Shown: piece after piece, positions 1 through 13,530 of the stretch
How positions within the stretch are numbered: position 1 is the first letter of the stretch
Layout: each line of letters starts with the position of its first letter
The notes under the pieces: generated by a model
Databases searched by the model: none
The model's input: only the letters and a program-made list of their open reading frames with translations
What the model was told of the DNA's origin: nothing
Translations under genes and position numbers: made by a program
Assembly (NCBI GenBank): GCA_024137785.1
Contig: JAHRHZ010000098.1
Location: 38,669,231-38,733,230 of the forward strand
Direction of reading: 5' to 3'
DNA: 64,000 nt
Source of the DNA: Ginglymostoma cirratum
Taxonomy: Eukaryota

Positions 1-513
1 CGATGCTACCCAAAGGTTGCAGGAACAGCAACTCATATTCCGCTTGGGAACCCTGCAGCCCAATGCTATCAATGTGGATTTCACAAGCTTCAAAATCTCC
101 CCTCCCCCGACCGCATCCTAAAACCAGCCCAGCTCGTCCCCACTTCCCTAACCTGTCCTTCCTCCCACCTATCCCCTTCTCCCACCTCAAGCCACATCCC
201 CATCTCGTACCTACTAACCTCATCCCGCCCCCTTGACCTGTCCGTCCTCCCTGGACTGACCTATCTCCTCCCTACCCCCCCACCTGCACTCACCTTTACT
301 GGCTCCATCCCCGCCTCTTTGACCTGTCTCTCTCCTCTCCACCTATCTTCTCCTCTATCCATCTTCTATCTGCCTCCCCCCTCTCCCTATTTATTTCAGA
401 ATCCCCTTCCCCTCCCCATTTCTGAAGAAGGGTCTAGGCCCAAAACGTCAGCCTTCCTGCTCCTCTGATGCTGCTTGGCCTGCTGTGTTCATCCAGCTCT
501 ACACATTGTTATC
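1..513 (+). mobile_element. Penelope-like element 3' end (GIY-YIG C-terminus, pyrimidine-rich UTR, terminal repeat)
   Basis: Frame from position 2 reads DATQRLQEQQLIFRLGTLQPNAINVDFTSFK, typical of the PLE ORF end; then a CT-rich UTR and the terminus ctgaagaagggtctaggcccaaaacgtcag...ctctacacattgttatc shared with other copies here. Confidence 0.85.
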
Positions 514-669
514 ATAAATTCTCTTAACACTGTTTTTAATAGACCCACAGCCATGTTAGCCAAATGTCTGTAAATGTACCTTTAGAAGCCTTTATATAGT
601 CCATTATTGTGTTTTTAGCTGGATTGCATTCGCATACCATTCTCCTAAGCTTTGTCTAATTTTGGTTTC

Positions 670-935
670 TTGAGAATGCTCAATTTTAATCACTCTACCA
701 CTGGTGCCAGTGTTTTCAGTTACCTATGCCCTAATACTCTGGGAAACTCTCCCCACACCTCTCTAGCTCTGCTGCACTTTCCTTCTTTAAGGCATTCCTC
801 AAAACCTCTCTCTTTGTTCAAGTTTTTGGTTTTCTGATTGGGTGTCTCTATACTCCTCGTTGTCACATTTTGTTTTATAATGCTTCTATAAAGCACCTTA
901 GGATATCTTATGATGTTAAGTCTGCTATGCAATTG
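670..935 (+). mobile_element. L2 LINE 3' tail, old
   Basis: Resembles L2 3' end (ttcagttacctatgccctaatactctgggaaactct...ttcctcaaaacctctctcttt...taaagcaccttagg); similar to 58600-58890. Confidence 0.55.
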
Positions 936-3589
936 TCCTTGCTATATTTTAACATACAGGTAATACCCACAAATTAGAAGCCAGATAGATCCTATGCTTA
1001 TAGTCATGGACATCACAAGCCAAAGACAGTACCTACCCACCTATCTGAAGGACTGCTGACTGTTCTTTTTTGCCTGCCAGGTGATTGAGTTAATCTGACA
1101 TACCCAATAAAACATGAACTTCAGCATTTCACTTGCTCCTGGATAAAAAATCAACTGAATAGAATAAGAGAAATACTCTTATTGCCTTTGGCACGTTTTA
1201 AATCTGAACATTTATTGGTATGTGACTGATCAAAGACCTTGAAACATAAAGCAACTCACTGAAGATCAATTTCACAATTCCAAATTAATATTAAATTTCC
1301 AAACTTCAAATACCTTCAGGACTATTTCAGATGCAGTTTTAGACAAAAAGTAAGGCAGCTAACTGAATTGATCCTAATCGGAGAATTTTTTAGCAAGACA
1401 AATAGTTTGGTTGTGTAAAAATTAATTTGGAAATGTTCAATTCTTGTTGTGTTATTGTGCCAAAGTATTATAGAGAGGGTTTGATTGAAAATGCTTTGTT
1501 CAAACTGAAGCCCAATACAGATGAAAGGATCATATATAAAAGACTCAAGCTGTTATTAACTGTGTTAGGGCTGCAAACCAATTTGCTGGCACTCAGGGTG
1601 GCAGCAATGCAAGCATAAATGTTGCAGATTATCTCAGGTCAGCGTCAAGGAATATTTTCCTAAGTTAGGGGTCATTAACCACAGTATAAAAAAGGAATTT
1701 TATTTTTAAGTAAAAACAATATGTATACTCAGTGAAAATAGAGCTAATACGATTTCTTTCAACTCAACAATCTTTAAGGGGAAGGTGGAAGTAGCCAAAA
1801 AAATAGCTTTGCTAAAATTACACATTGTGTATCTCCAAAAGTATCTGTTTCACAGAATGCAGCAATAAGATTGGAAGCAGAAACTCCAACACACCATTTG
1901 GAAAATAATTTCTCAGCTATAACAATAAATAAGTAATTGTCCCCATCTGAATAGTTAAAATCATTAGCAACTTACACCTAATCACAAAAGCACAGATTAC
2001 CAATTTTATGTTAATATGCACTTAAAAAATTAAGGAAACAAGGTCTTTACAGATCTGTCACCTCTAAGTCATGTACGGAAAGTTAACTCCAAAGTGTAAT
2101 CTAGTTTGGTCCATGGAGAACTCCTCACATGGCATTTTCATTGGCCTCCCCCTGCCCCAAGTTCTCCACAATTTTATGATGGCATGGGCAAGACCTATGT
2201 CAGCCAGCCTAACCTTGTTCCAGTCAAATCTCTTAAGTGGCCAATTAATAACCATTTAAGGGCCATTTCCTGCCTAGTTTCAACTTTCAGGACAGTAAGA
2301 AGTACTAAAGCATGACACTCACTCTTGCACAAAGCCCAGAGAGTGACTCTGTTCAGGCCTTGCATGGGAACAGAATAAAGGCGCCTCCATTACCAGTCTC
2401 CTTTCAACATCAGCATTCCCATTAAAATCATTGTGGATATTCCCTCTTCTCTAACCCCCACCCCATCCATCAGAAGCTCTTTGAGGTGGGACATCTTCCT
2501 CAGTGAATGGGGCAAGTCCCATCACCAGCAATTAACACTTTCTGCAACAGAGCCAGTATCAGTGGCAGTGTATTCTCCAGCATTTCCTCAGGTGATGGGA
2601 AAAGAAACCCTGCTAAAAATCCTGGTCAATGTTAATCAAAACATCCTTATTATCATATTTGCATCTGACTTTAACTCAGGGAAATCCTATTTCTAGAAAC
2701 TGTAGAAACTTGTTGGAATTGAAGATTCACTACACAATAAAAAGGACTTTTTAATGGAAATGACCCTTAAAAATAATTGAACGAAAGAAAAGGTAAAACA
2801 AGTTAGCATGCTGGCAACATATATTCTACCCTGAAGATACCACCTCAACCTGACAACAAATGACAAACTAAACAGAATTTACTGTTGAATCAAAGAGTGA
2901 CGCTGACCTTTATTCTGTTTGCTTCAGTGCAGAAAAGGCACACAGGGCTACATTTTTGTCTGTCCCTGGTGGGTCATGGAGGCCCTTCTCCTTGGCCAAT
3001 TATAATTTCGGTGATGATGAGACTCCTACAACAGTGTTAAGCTAGGAAGCCCAAGATGTTGAGACAGAGATTATAAAGCAATACAGGTCCAAAAGGAGAT
3101 GGTCTGTGACTTGACGTAGAATTTTGGGAGATGGTGTTCTCAAATAATTTCTGCTGTTATCCTTCCTCATGATTCAGATTACAGAGGAGAGCAGTATTGT
3201 CAGAGTGTTCTTGGATGCACGTTGCTATGCATCCTGGTGACTGTACAGACAACAATCTAATGCTGCAGTGTTGGGGGGACGGGGGGACGGGGGGTGATAG
3301 TATTGATCCTTGTGGGAGGAACAAATCAAACAAACTGTAATGTATACTGTGAATTTTTTCAGTGCTGTGGCAGCCACACCTACTCAGGTGAAAGACAAAG
3401 CATTCCAAAACACTCCTAGCTACAGGTCTGCAGATGACAGATATTTTTAGGGATCAAGGTGAGGCACGGTGGGGGTCACTATTCTCTACCTTACCCTCGT
3501 AGCAATGTTATTATGGATCCAACAACATTTGTCATCAACGGACACCCTTGATGAGTAATGGCTGAGTGAAAAAAAAAACCGAGCGATAG

Positions 3590-3778
3590 AAAGGACTGCA
3601 GATGCTGGAAGCTGGAGTAAAAAACCTTGGCACTGGAAAAGCGCAGCAGGTCAGACAGCATCCAAGGAACAGGAAAGTCAACCTGTCAGGTTGGAACTCT
3701 TCTTCAGGACTTCTTTTCCAGAAGAAGGCTTCCCACCCGAAATGTTGACTTTCCTGCTTCTCAGATGCTGTCTGACCT
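3590..3778. mobile_element. Palindromic PLE-terminus mini-element
   Basis: ggtcagacagcatc...caggaaagtcaac inverted against gttgactttcctg...gatgctgtctgacc; two degenerate hammerhead-like cores back to back. Confidence 0.7.
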
Positions 3779-3914
3779 AAAACAAAAGCTCATTACTTCA
3801 CACCTACAAGGCACAAACTTTACCTGTCACTCATTAGATTAAATTATCTAGTTTCTTATGTAGGCTGACATGAACTCCTTACTATCAGGAATTAAAGATG
3901 AAGAATTATTAACA

Positions 3915-4720
3915 AACATTCCCATTCCTGACTATTACAGGAGGAAAGTTATTGAAGAAGCAGCTTAAGGTGACTGGGCCTAGAGTACTACTTAATTAAA
4001 CACACACAGATATGCCCCAAGGTTACAATACGTTCTTTTGCCCTGACTACTAGAGGCCAGACATTCTGACCAAAGTTAGATCAAGGTTGTTAATCAGCAT
4101 GGAGCTGATTAGTTTTGGTGGTACCTGATCTGTGCATCAAAAAGCAGGTTACTTCCTGGTATCTACGTTCAACAGTACTACTGATTACTCTTTCAATCAC
4201 TTCATTGATGATTTGGAGAGGATGACTGATTAGTAACTGAAGATGGATTTATTTTTGTGAATCTCAACAACCTTCCATATAACCTATATTAGTGTCTGGC
4301 TGTACTGAAGCAAGTTGGCCAACTCTGGTGCAAGGGTCTTGAACAGCAAAATGACATTGCTAGACTCCAATTTCATTGTTTGCTGCATTATCTTCCTTCC
4401 TGATATCACATTGACTGGATCAAATTTGTGACACATTGACAATAGGGACCTTAGGTGGTGGTTAAGCAAGATCATCTCCTTGACTCCTTTGGCTGACGGT
4501 GTTTGCAAAACTTCAGTTTTGCTTCTGTACTCAACCATTGTTGAACTTGTATGTATTTTATGACGTATTCACCTGTTACTTGCCTAGTAGTCCACCCCTA
4601 ATTGCCTTTAAGAAGGGGGTACTGAGCTGTATCGGTGTTTAGGGACACTAACATTGTTGTTAAAGATGGGAGTGCTAGGATTCTGAACTGCACACAATAA
4701 AGATAATATGCAGTACCAGG
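3915..4720 (-). mobile_element. Degraded CR1/L2-group LINE ORF2 fragment
   Basis: ORF 4284-4538 contains FKTLAPELANLLQYS, matching the KTCAPELAxPLAKLFQYS motif of this LINE family. Confidence 0.55.
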
Positions 4721-5282
4721 TTCTGGTTTCCAATTTTCTTCCCGTCTATCCTGAAAGCATTCTCTCATTCTATAGAATTGTTGAAAAGTACAACTTTTCT
4801 TTTAGTATCTCACCAATACTGAATATGGAAAATCAGACAGCGAATTTCAGTGGGTACGGCGCTAAACATATCTTCATCTGACATATACATTTAGGAAGAT
4901 TACACCAAAGAGCACTAGATAATGCCCATTCTTCCACTTGGATCAGCTGACTTTTTTTTTCCATACAGGCTCAAATCCAAAACTGCATTTGCTGCAGTAC
5001 TATCGCCCTGGATCAATTAACTCTATATAAACGGAATAATAACATTCAAAATTTCACAAAATGACGTGATTTTTCAGCATTGAGAAGTGTATCCATATCT
5101 GGAGGACTTGCAAGATGAGAGCGAAAAGGGTGCAATGATTTTCACGAGCAGAATAAACTAATTTCATTCAAGATTTCTAATATTTGAATGCATAAACTTT
5201 GAAAAGAGTGACATGGTGAAAATGATGATTTTAGAATTACTTTGCAATTTGACACATTCTCCAATTCTAAACAAAACGTTTA

Positions 5283-5622
5283 ACATTCATGAGGGGTATA
5301 GAAAGTGAATGGCAGGTGTTTTTTCCCTACAGTAGGGGATTTCAAGACTGCAGACTTTTTAAGGTGACAGGATAAGGATTTAAGGAGGATGTGAGAGCCA
5401 ACGTTTTACACAGAGTCTTATGGAATGGACTTCCAGAGGAGATGGTGGATGAGGATGCAGTTACAACGTTTAAGAGACATTTAGATAAGTACATGAACAA
5501 GAAAGGTTTGAAGAGATAAGGGCCAAGCGCAGGCAGGTGGGACTAGTTCAGTTTGGGATTATGGTTGGCATGGACTGGTTGGATCGAAGGGTCTGCTTCC
5601 ATGCTATATGACTGTATGACTA
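5283..5622 (+). mobile_element. CR1 LINE 3' end
   Basis: Typical shark CR1 3' end (gagacatttagataagtacatgaac...gatcgaagggtctgcttccatgctatatgactgtatgact). Confidence 0.85.
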
Positions 5623-7064
5623 CTCAAAATGTTTAACAGGTTTTTAGGTATTCAAGGTACTAATGCGAAAAGCCAACTTAAGATTGGGCCACTACTGTCC
5701 TTAAAATGGTAAGCATACCAGTTTTCATTTTTCTTTTCATTCGCGTCATATTAATGTGGTTATTGTGTAATAATTTATAGGTTTTTAAAATGCAGATTTT
5801 CAAGATGACAATTCTTGCCTTCCTACAAGTAGACTGTTACCTATTGAATAGATTCCATTGATGAAACTCACCAGATTAGCAAGGGACATTTTTTTTCACT
5901 TTTACACTAGAAACCCTGTGTTGTGTGGTATGACATGCATAGGATATCTGAACCTTGAGATGCATATCTAAAACGTCATCAAACAGCTCTTCTGAGATGT
6001 TTTTGTAACAACTCCTTCCTAAGACACTTGCTGCCCACTATCTACATTGTCTGAGTCTCACAGGGGATCAGACTGACACATGTCTAAAAAATCATGAAGT
6101 GTTTACTCCACACAATTCTCTCACTTTACATGCATAAAGAATTTTTTTAGCTGGCTGTCAAAACTGTAAAGTCATCTCCTGCTTTTATCTGCCACATCCA
6201 GTTTGTAGCTGGGATTTTTAATAAATATTTTTAGTGCCAAACACATTTTCTGGAGGTCTTTTACAGATATTTGCTTCGCAATCGACAATGAAAACATTAA
6301 TAACCAACATATTACGTTCACACGGAATCCCATCAAGAACATCCCATATTTGAAAGGAACGGTAGCATTTTAATTTGAAAGCTAAATGAACTGTCCAATT
6401 GGATTTTGTTAGGTTGATACATTTTTATCACTGCTTCTGGTTAAGAAACATACTTCACAGCCAAGTAAGCGAATACTCAAATCTGCAGTCTGGGATTTGC
6501 ATAAATTCACCTTGCTTTAACAAAGCTCTCATTTAACCTGCCATGTTTGACCACTTGAACATTAATTTGCCTGGCACCGCTGATGGTAAAATGGCAAACT
6601 GTGGGCTGTTATTAAATAAATCTGCAATTAGAAGTGAAATAACTGTCAGCTATTCTGTCTGACTGCTTAAACTGTAAGTCACTGATAACGTATGAATAAA
6701 TGTGAATCTAATACTGTTCTGTGTGGTCAAGCTGCACGATGAACAACATTCAACAGCCTGTACCATGCATCATGTGGAACAACGAGTGATTGTGATCCAA
6801 GTGTGCTTCCATGATGAACATTAAGTTACATTTATTCATACATCCTAATTCCAGTCTACTTTACCTTTTTGAAATGTCACCAGAGGTCAGCCTATCTTGA
6901 CAGTTCAAACTAATTCCCGATTCTCAAGTTGTAATGATGTAAGTGAAATCTTGTCTATGGAGAGATGTCCTCAAAAACACCACTAAATTAATTTGTCATT
7001 GAGTAGTTCCAAACAAGATGCCATTTCATGAGAACATATTCAATCATCTTTGGCTATTTCACCA

Positions 7065-7712
7065 CAGAAGGTTAGCGTACAGGTATAGCAAGCAATTAAA
7101 AAGCCAAATAGTATGTTTGCTTATCCTACAGTAAGGAAATCTTGCTGTAAGATACAGTGCTTTCGAGAGACAACAACTGGAATAGTATGTTTTGTTTTGT
7201 TCTTCTTATCCAAGGAAGGATACGCTTACCTTTGAGGAATTGCAACAAAAATTCATTAGATTGATTTCGGGGACAAGAGGGCTATGCTATGAGAAGTGAT
7301 TGAATAGGATGGGCCTATATTCTGTGTTTTACAAGATTGAGAGGTGATCTGATTGAAATAAATAAAATTCTGAAGAAACTTGGCAGAGTAATTACTGAGA
7401 AACTGTTTCCCCTAGCTGGAGACTCTAGAACTATCCAGCCATCATTTTAGACGAGGGAGTTGGCTAATTAGGATAGAGAAATGTCTTCACTCAGAGTATT
7501 GTGAATCTCTAAAAATGTCTGTTCCAAAAAAATATGGATACTCAATTAATCAGAATATTCCAGTACGAAACAGTTGGCATTATATGGCATTAAAGAAATC
7601 AAAGAGTTTGGTTTTAGGGCAGGAAACAGGAGTTGATATGGCAGATCAAGCATGATCTTATGAAAAGGTGGAGTAGGCTCCAGAGTAATAGGGCCTATTC
7701 CTGTTCCCACTC
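7065..7712 (+). mobile_element. CR1 LINE RT C-terminus and 3' UTR, degraded
   Basis: caggtatagcaagcaattaaaaagccaaatagtatg...gagaggtgatctgattgaa (QVQQAIKKANxM / RGDLIE motifs). Confidence 0.8.
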
Positions 7713-8039
7713 TGATTCAGTTTCCTCCTAAATGTGTCACTAGAGATTCAGTTGTTCAGTTTCCTTCCCTACTTCATTTAATTTGTGTTCTCTGGGGTGT
7801 TATCTTTTCCTTATGTATGTTTCCTTCATAGCAATAACCTCCTCCACTCTCCCAACTCTACCCGTGATTTTAGTGATCACATTTAGCAACTTCACATTGA
7901 TTTCTAACTTCCAGCTTTCCTGTGACACAATGGTAGAACCATTACATCCTTATTTACTCCATACTGTAAATGGGTCAAAGTAAAATCACTTCTTTAATTT
8001 CTAAGATACTGTAACCTTACGTCTCTTGCAAATCCAATG

Positions 8040-8662
8040 CTAGGTAGACAAGATAGTGAATGAGGTGTTTGGTATGCTTGCCTTTATTGGTCAGAGCACT
8101 GAGTATTGGAATTAGGAGGTCATGTTGCAGCTGTACAGGACATTGGTTAGGCCACTTTTGGAATACTGCATTCAATTCTGGTCTCCCTGCTATCAGGAAG
8201 GATGTTGTGAAACTTGAAAGGGTTCAGAAAAGATTTACAAGGATGTTGCCAGGGTTGGAGGGCTTGAACTATAGGGAGAGACTGAATAGGCTGGGACCAC
8301 TTTCCCTAGAGCGTCAGAGGATGAGAGGAGACCTTATAGGAGTTCATGAGATCTTGAGGGGCATAGGTAGGGTGAATAGACAAGGCCAAAACTACAGGGC
8401 ACAGGTTCAAAGTGAGAGTGGAAAGATTTAAAAGGGACCTATGGGGGAATGTCGTCATGCAGAGGGTCGTGCATGTAAGGAATGAGCTGTCAGTGGAAAT
8501 GGTGGAGGCTGGCACAATTACAACAATTTAAAAGGCATCTGGATGGTTACATGAATAGGAAGGATTTACAGGGATAGGGCCAAATGCCAGCAAATGAGAC
8601 TGGTGGCTTGGATGAGTCGGACCGAAGGGTCTGTTTCCATGCGGTACTGACTCTATAACTAC
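8040..8662 (+). mobile_element. CR1 LINE 3' fragment
   Basis: ORF 8060-8431 contains RKDVVKLERVQKRFTRMLPGLEGLNYRERLNRLG...MRGDLI, the CR1 RT C-terminus. Confidence 0.92.
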
Positions 8663-9347
8663 GATCCCATACCTTCAACAGTTACACAGAGTTCCTCATT
8701 TTCATGATCACCATCTCCTCGGGTGATCTTCTTTCTACATTTTCAAGATCCAACCTTTTCTTTCATCTGCCTTCAACAACTTTTAATTTTCTAGAAAGTC
8801 TTTCCTATATCTCAGGAAACGTTTTATGGCCTCTGACAATACCAGCAGACACACAGGAGGAACACTCTTACCTGAAAACATGATATTATCCTCATGTATA
8901 GTAACCCAAATCTTACAATTGCAACTCTTATATTTCTCAACACTACTTATCCTGCTACAGTACTCAAATCCTTCTCAAAGCATTCTTCCCTTAATCATCT
9001 AAGCTGCAAAGACGTCATCCTGCTGGCAGATAGTGGGTAAGAAAATCTTGTTCATTTTTGTACAAATCTAATTTTATTAGGCAGCATTCAATTGAAATCT
9101 ATAAAATCTGAAGTTCCCTGGCTCATGCAGGGTTTTATCAAAGTATCCACTGAATGCCATTTGGGCTTGGTTAAAGAAACAGTTTCACCAATTCCTCTCT
9201 AACTGGGTCTGATCAGTCTTGTGTGTTAGGAGCATATAAACCTGATCCTAGTTTGAAATACAACAGAGTGCAAGAGTTATCCTGTTCAAATAGTGTACCA
9301 ATTGATGTAAGTCTACTAAAATATATAAAAAATAAGTAAATACAATA

Positions 9348-9640
9348 TGGTTAGCACTGCTGCCTCACAACACCAGGGACCCGAGTTCGATTCCAGCCTT
9401 GGACAACTGTCTGTGTGGGGTTTGCACATTCTCCCCGTGTCTGCGTGGGTTTCCTCCCACAGTCCAAAGAAGTGCAGGTCAGGTGGAGTGGCCATGCTAA
9501 ATTGCCCATAGTGTTCAGGGATGTGTAGATTAGGTGGGATATAGGGGAATGGGTCTGGGTGGGATGCTCCAAGGGTCAGTGTGGACTTGTTGGGCCGATG
9601 GGCCTTCTTTCCACACTGTAGGGATTCTGTGATGATGATG
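9348..9640 (+). mobile_element. HE1-type V-SINE (tRNA-derived)
   Basis: ggttagcactgctgcctcac, B box gagttcgattcc, V-domain gtttgcacattctccccgtgtctgcgtgggtttcctcc, CR1-like tail. Confidence 0.9.
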
Positions 9641-9689
9641 AATATTGAATGAAATAGTGAAGTAGTTAATTAGGATGCATTAAGGATGA

Positions 9690-12600
9690 CAGCACAGGGG
9701 GCATGCAACAGCTCTGGCATGTGGGAGTTCCAGGATACCAGTCCAGTCCGGGGAAAATAGGTCTGCAGTAAGTGTTATCAGCCTGAGCAACTTTGGCTTG
9801 GAGTTATGAGGTGGCGATTGAACTACAGGCACTGTGACGCATCAGGGAGGTGGAATGTTATCTGGATCTTTTGTACCAGGAGGCATTCACACCTCTTAAC
9901 ATAGGGTCTTCTGATTTGATCAGTGTTCATGGATAGCAAAAAATGGGAGTACAAGTGAGGCAAGTAAGGGGATCCACTGGGCAGGAACACAGAAGCCTCA
10001 GCTTTTCCAAGTGTCCAACAGGTTTGAGGTACTTTCAACTAGTTTGGATGAGAGCAAGGGCTGCAGGATAGATGCGTTAACTGACCATGGTGACATGCTG
10101 CAGGAAGCAATTCAAGCCCTCAGAAAGGAATATATTGGCAGTAGAGGGCAGTATAGTGAGAGTGATTGACACCATTCTCTGCAGCAAAGGGCAAGAGTCC
10201 AGACAAAAGTGCTGTCTGCCCAGTGCCAGAGTTCGGGAGATCTACTCAGTGCTGGAGAGGAACTTGCAGTGGAGGGTAAAGATCCAGTCCTTGTGGTCCA
10301 TAAGGTACCGAAGACAATGGGCAGGAGAAAGGAAGTTCCACATAGTGTGAGGAGCCAGGCACGAAATTAAGCAACAGGACCTCAAAAGGTCATAATCTCT
10401 AGATTGCTACCTGAGTCAAATGAAAACATTAAATCATATTAGAGACATGAATACATAGCTCAAATACTAGCGTGGGATAAGTGCCTTCAGGTTTGTGGGG
10501 CACTGACACCAATTCCAGAGAAAGTGGGGTCTGTACTAGTAGAATGGTCTCTCCCTGAACTGTGCAGGGACTGGCGTTCTATATGGACTGCATAACTGAG
10601 AATATAGAGAGAATTCTAAAGTAAATAGAGGACAAAGGATCAAAACTGGGAAGAGATGGCAGGTTAAAGAAGAGAGACATTGCAAAGGCATAGATGGCAT
10701 CAATATGGAAAATGACAAACACACCGTGACAGAAAGGGACAGTCAGTACAAATCTCAGAGTAAACCAACAGAAGTTAGAAAAGGAAGAGAAAGGATAAAA
10801 CTGAAGACTCTGTATCTGAATGAACATAGCATTCAAAACAAAACAGATGAACCAACAGCGCAAATAGAAATAATTGAGTATTATCTGGCCGCCATCACAG
10901 AGATATGGCAGCAGGGTGACATAGATTGGGACTTGAAAATTGAAGAGTACAGGACATTTGTGAAGAACAGGAAAGATGGCATTAGCACAACAGAGAGGGT
11001 TGACTGAAGTTCAGAAAACCAGGACATGGAAACAGTTGTGTGGTGGTGAGGAATGAGAGATGAGTCACTTATGTGAGTGGTGTACAAGGCCCTAACAGTA
11101 ATCACACTGTACCATGGAGCACATGAGAAATAATGGAAGCTTGTTAGAAAGGCATGGTGATAACCATGGGAGAGATTTTAAAATACATATAGACTGGAAA
11201 GGACAAAGTAGCATAGATGAGGATTTCAAAGCATGTTGCAGGGATAATTTCTTGGAACCCTGTGTTCTAGAGCCAGAGACCACGCCATACTAGACATGGA
11301 GTTGTGCAAAGCAGGATTAATTAATAATCCCATAGTGAAGGAACGCCTAGGTAGCAGTGACCACAACATGATGGAAATTTCCATGCATTTGAAGGAGAAA
11401 GGAGTGGGCCACTGAGCTTATGAAAGCAGAGCTGGCTACAGCGATTGGCAAATTAGGTTAACGGACAGTCATCCATCCTGATGTCTATACCTATGACATA
11501 TTAGAATAAATTAACAGAGACAGAAAGAAGGTTCTGGGAGGTTCAGCAGGCTTAAAAGTGGATACGTCAGCAGGCCCAAATGAGATGTATCTCAGACTGT
11601 TGAAGCAGCAAAGGAAGATGACATCAGAAGCCCTGAAAGTAATTTCAAATGCTCTCTGGCCTCATGTATGGTACCAGACACTGAGGACAGCTAACTTTGT
11701 CTCATTATTAAAGAAGGGACAGACCAAGAATTTAAAGGTCAATCAGTCTAATCTTGGTGGTGGGGAATTAGAAAGAATTCTGAGGGACTGACTATACCTG
11801 CACTTGGACAGACGCTAATTAACCATACATAATCAGCATGATTTGTTAAAAGGTCGTATTTAGCATACTTGGTCAAAGTTTTTGAAGAGTCTAACCAGGA
11901 GTGTTTCTCTGGGCAGACAGGTCAAAAAAGTAAGAGCCCATGGCAAAGTGGCACGTTGGATCCAAAATTACAGGGAAGCAGAGGGTGACGTAGCAGGATT
12001 TTTCTGTGACTGGAAGCACATTTTCAATGGGGTTTAGTCAGGCTTGATGCTGCAGCCTTGCTGTTTTTGAGGTGCGTGTTAATGATTTGGACTTAGAAAA
12101 AAAAGAATTTTTGTTCATAGGGTGGTAAATCATGGAGAGAATAGCTATAAGCTGTAGGAGGATATCAGCAGCATGCTCAGGTAGGCTGACCAGCGTCAAA
12201 GGGAATTCAACCTGTAAAGATGCAAGGTGATGCACGTGGGGAGGGCTAATAAGGCAAAGGATTACACTATGAAAGTACTGAAGATCAGGGGGACTTTGCT
12301 TTGCATTTCTACAGATCCCTGAAGGCTGAAGGGAAGGTCAATAAGGTATATGGGATACCTTTTGTCAATAACCAAGAGAGAATAAAGGAATGAGGATGTT
12401 ATGCAGGAGGAGTATAAAAAGCCTGTTAGCCCACACGGGAGTACTGTGTGCAGTTCTGGCCACATTATGGAAGGACGTGATTCCACTAGAGACAGCACTG
12501 AGGAGACTTACCAGGATACCATCTGTGCTAGAAGGTCTGAACTATGCATAAGGATTGCTTAGAGAGTGTGGTTGTCTTCCTCAGAGCAGAAAACTCGAGA

Positions 12601-12705
12601 GGGCACTTGACTGGTGTATCTGATTACTAGAGGCATAGACAGAACAGAAAGGAAAGCACCTTTTCCATTAGTAGAGGGCTCAATGACCAAAGAGCATAGA
12701 TTAAA
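9690..12705 (+). mobile_element. Long degraded CR1 LINE: ORF1 (zinc finger + esterase-like) and ORF2 (APE endonuclease + RT), internally deleted
   Basis: VEGSIVRVIDTILCSKGQESRQKCCLPSARVREI (ORF1 esterase-like); LKTLYLNEHSIQNKTDE...AITEIW (endonuclease); SAGPNEMYLRLLKQ...TANFVSLLKKG (RT N-terminus); many stops and frameshifts. Confidence 0.85.
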
Positions 12706-12768
12706 AAGTGTAAAGACAGTGTCTTTTTTGTATTTTGATTGTGGAGTGAAATGGGAAAAGAACTGTTT

Positions 12769-13090
12769 CATACAGAGGCATCTAGGCGTACAGGTCCACA
12801 GTTCCCTGAAAGTGGCAACCCAAGCGGATCAGGTGATCAAGAAGGCACATGCTATATGTGTCTTCACTACGATGTTCCAAATATGGCCTATTTAAAGTTC
12901 TATTCAGCTGCAATTTTTATATTCTGTGCCCCAGCCAGTGAAGACACATATAGCATGTGCCTCCTTGATCACCTGATCCGCTTGGGTTGCCACTTTCAGG
13001 GAACTGTGGACCTGTACGCCTAGATGCCTCTGTATGTTCGTGCTTTCAAGGTTTCTGCCATTTACTACATACTTCCCTCCTGCATTCAAT
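12769..13090. repeat. CR1 fragment with 100-bp inverted duplication
   Basis: 12769-12868 is the reverse complement of 12937-13036 with one mismatch; both encode QRHLGVQVHSSLKVATQADQVIK (CR1 RT). Confidence 0.9.
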
Positions 13091-13530
13091 CATGTTCTTC
13101 ACAGCCTACAACACATTACTGATGACGAGGAGCAACTCGTCAAGATCTTCCTCGCACCTCCACTTCTCGCCTTCAAACAACCGCCAAACCTTAATCAGAC
13201 TACTGTTCGTAGCAAACTAGCCAGCCTTCAGGACAATATCAACCACAACACTATGCGACCCTGTCATGCCAACCTCTGCAAGAATTGTCATGATCTTCGA
13301 CATGGACGCTACCATCACACATGGGAACACCAGCTAGCATGTGCACAGCAGATACTCACGTGACTCAGTCAGCGTCTATCTCATACACTGCAGGCAAGGA
13401 TGCCCCGAGTATTGTATATTAGCGAAACCACGCATATGCTATGACAACGGATTAATGGACACTGCACAACAATCGCCAACAGGGATGTTCCCTCCCAGTG
13501 GGGGGAACAGTTCAGCAATCAAGGGCATTA

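Noticed and set aside
1104-1138. 35-nt segment with ttttttatccag acceptor and gtatgt donor
   Set aside because: Wrong length for exon 4, stop in phase 0, no similarity to the family.
3273-3295. G-run repeat ggggggac x2 + gggggg as a G-quadruplex
   Set aside because: Only three G-tracts and no supporting context; likely simple slippage.
5085-5122. Minus-strand SSCKSSRYGYT resembling the expected 36-nt exon 4
   Set aside because: No AG acceptor or GT donor at the required positions.
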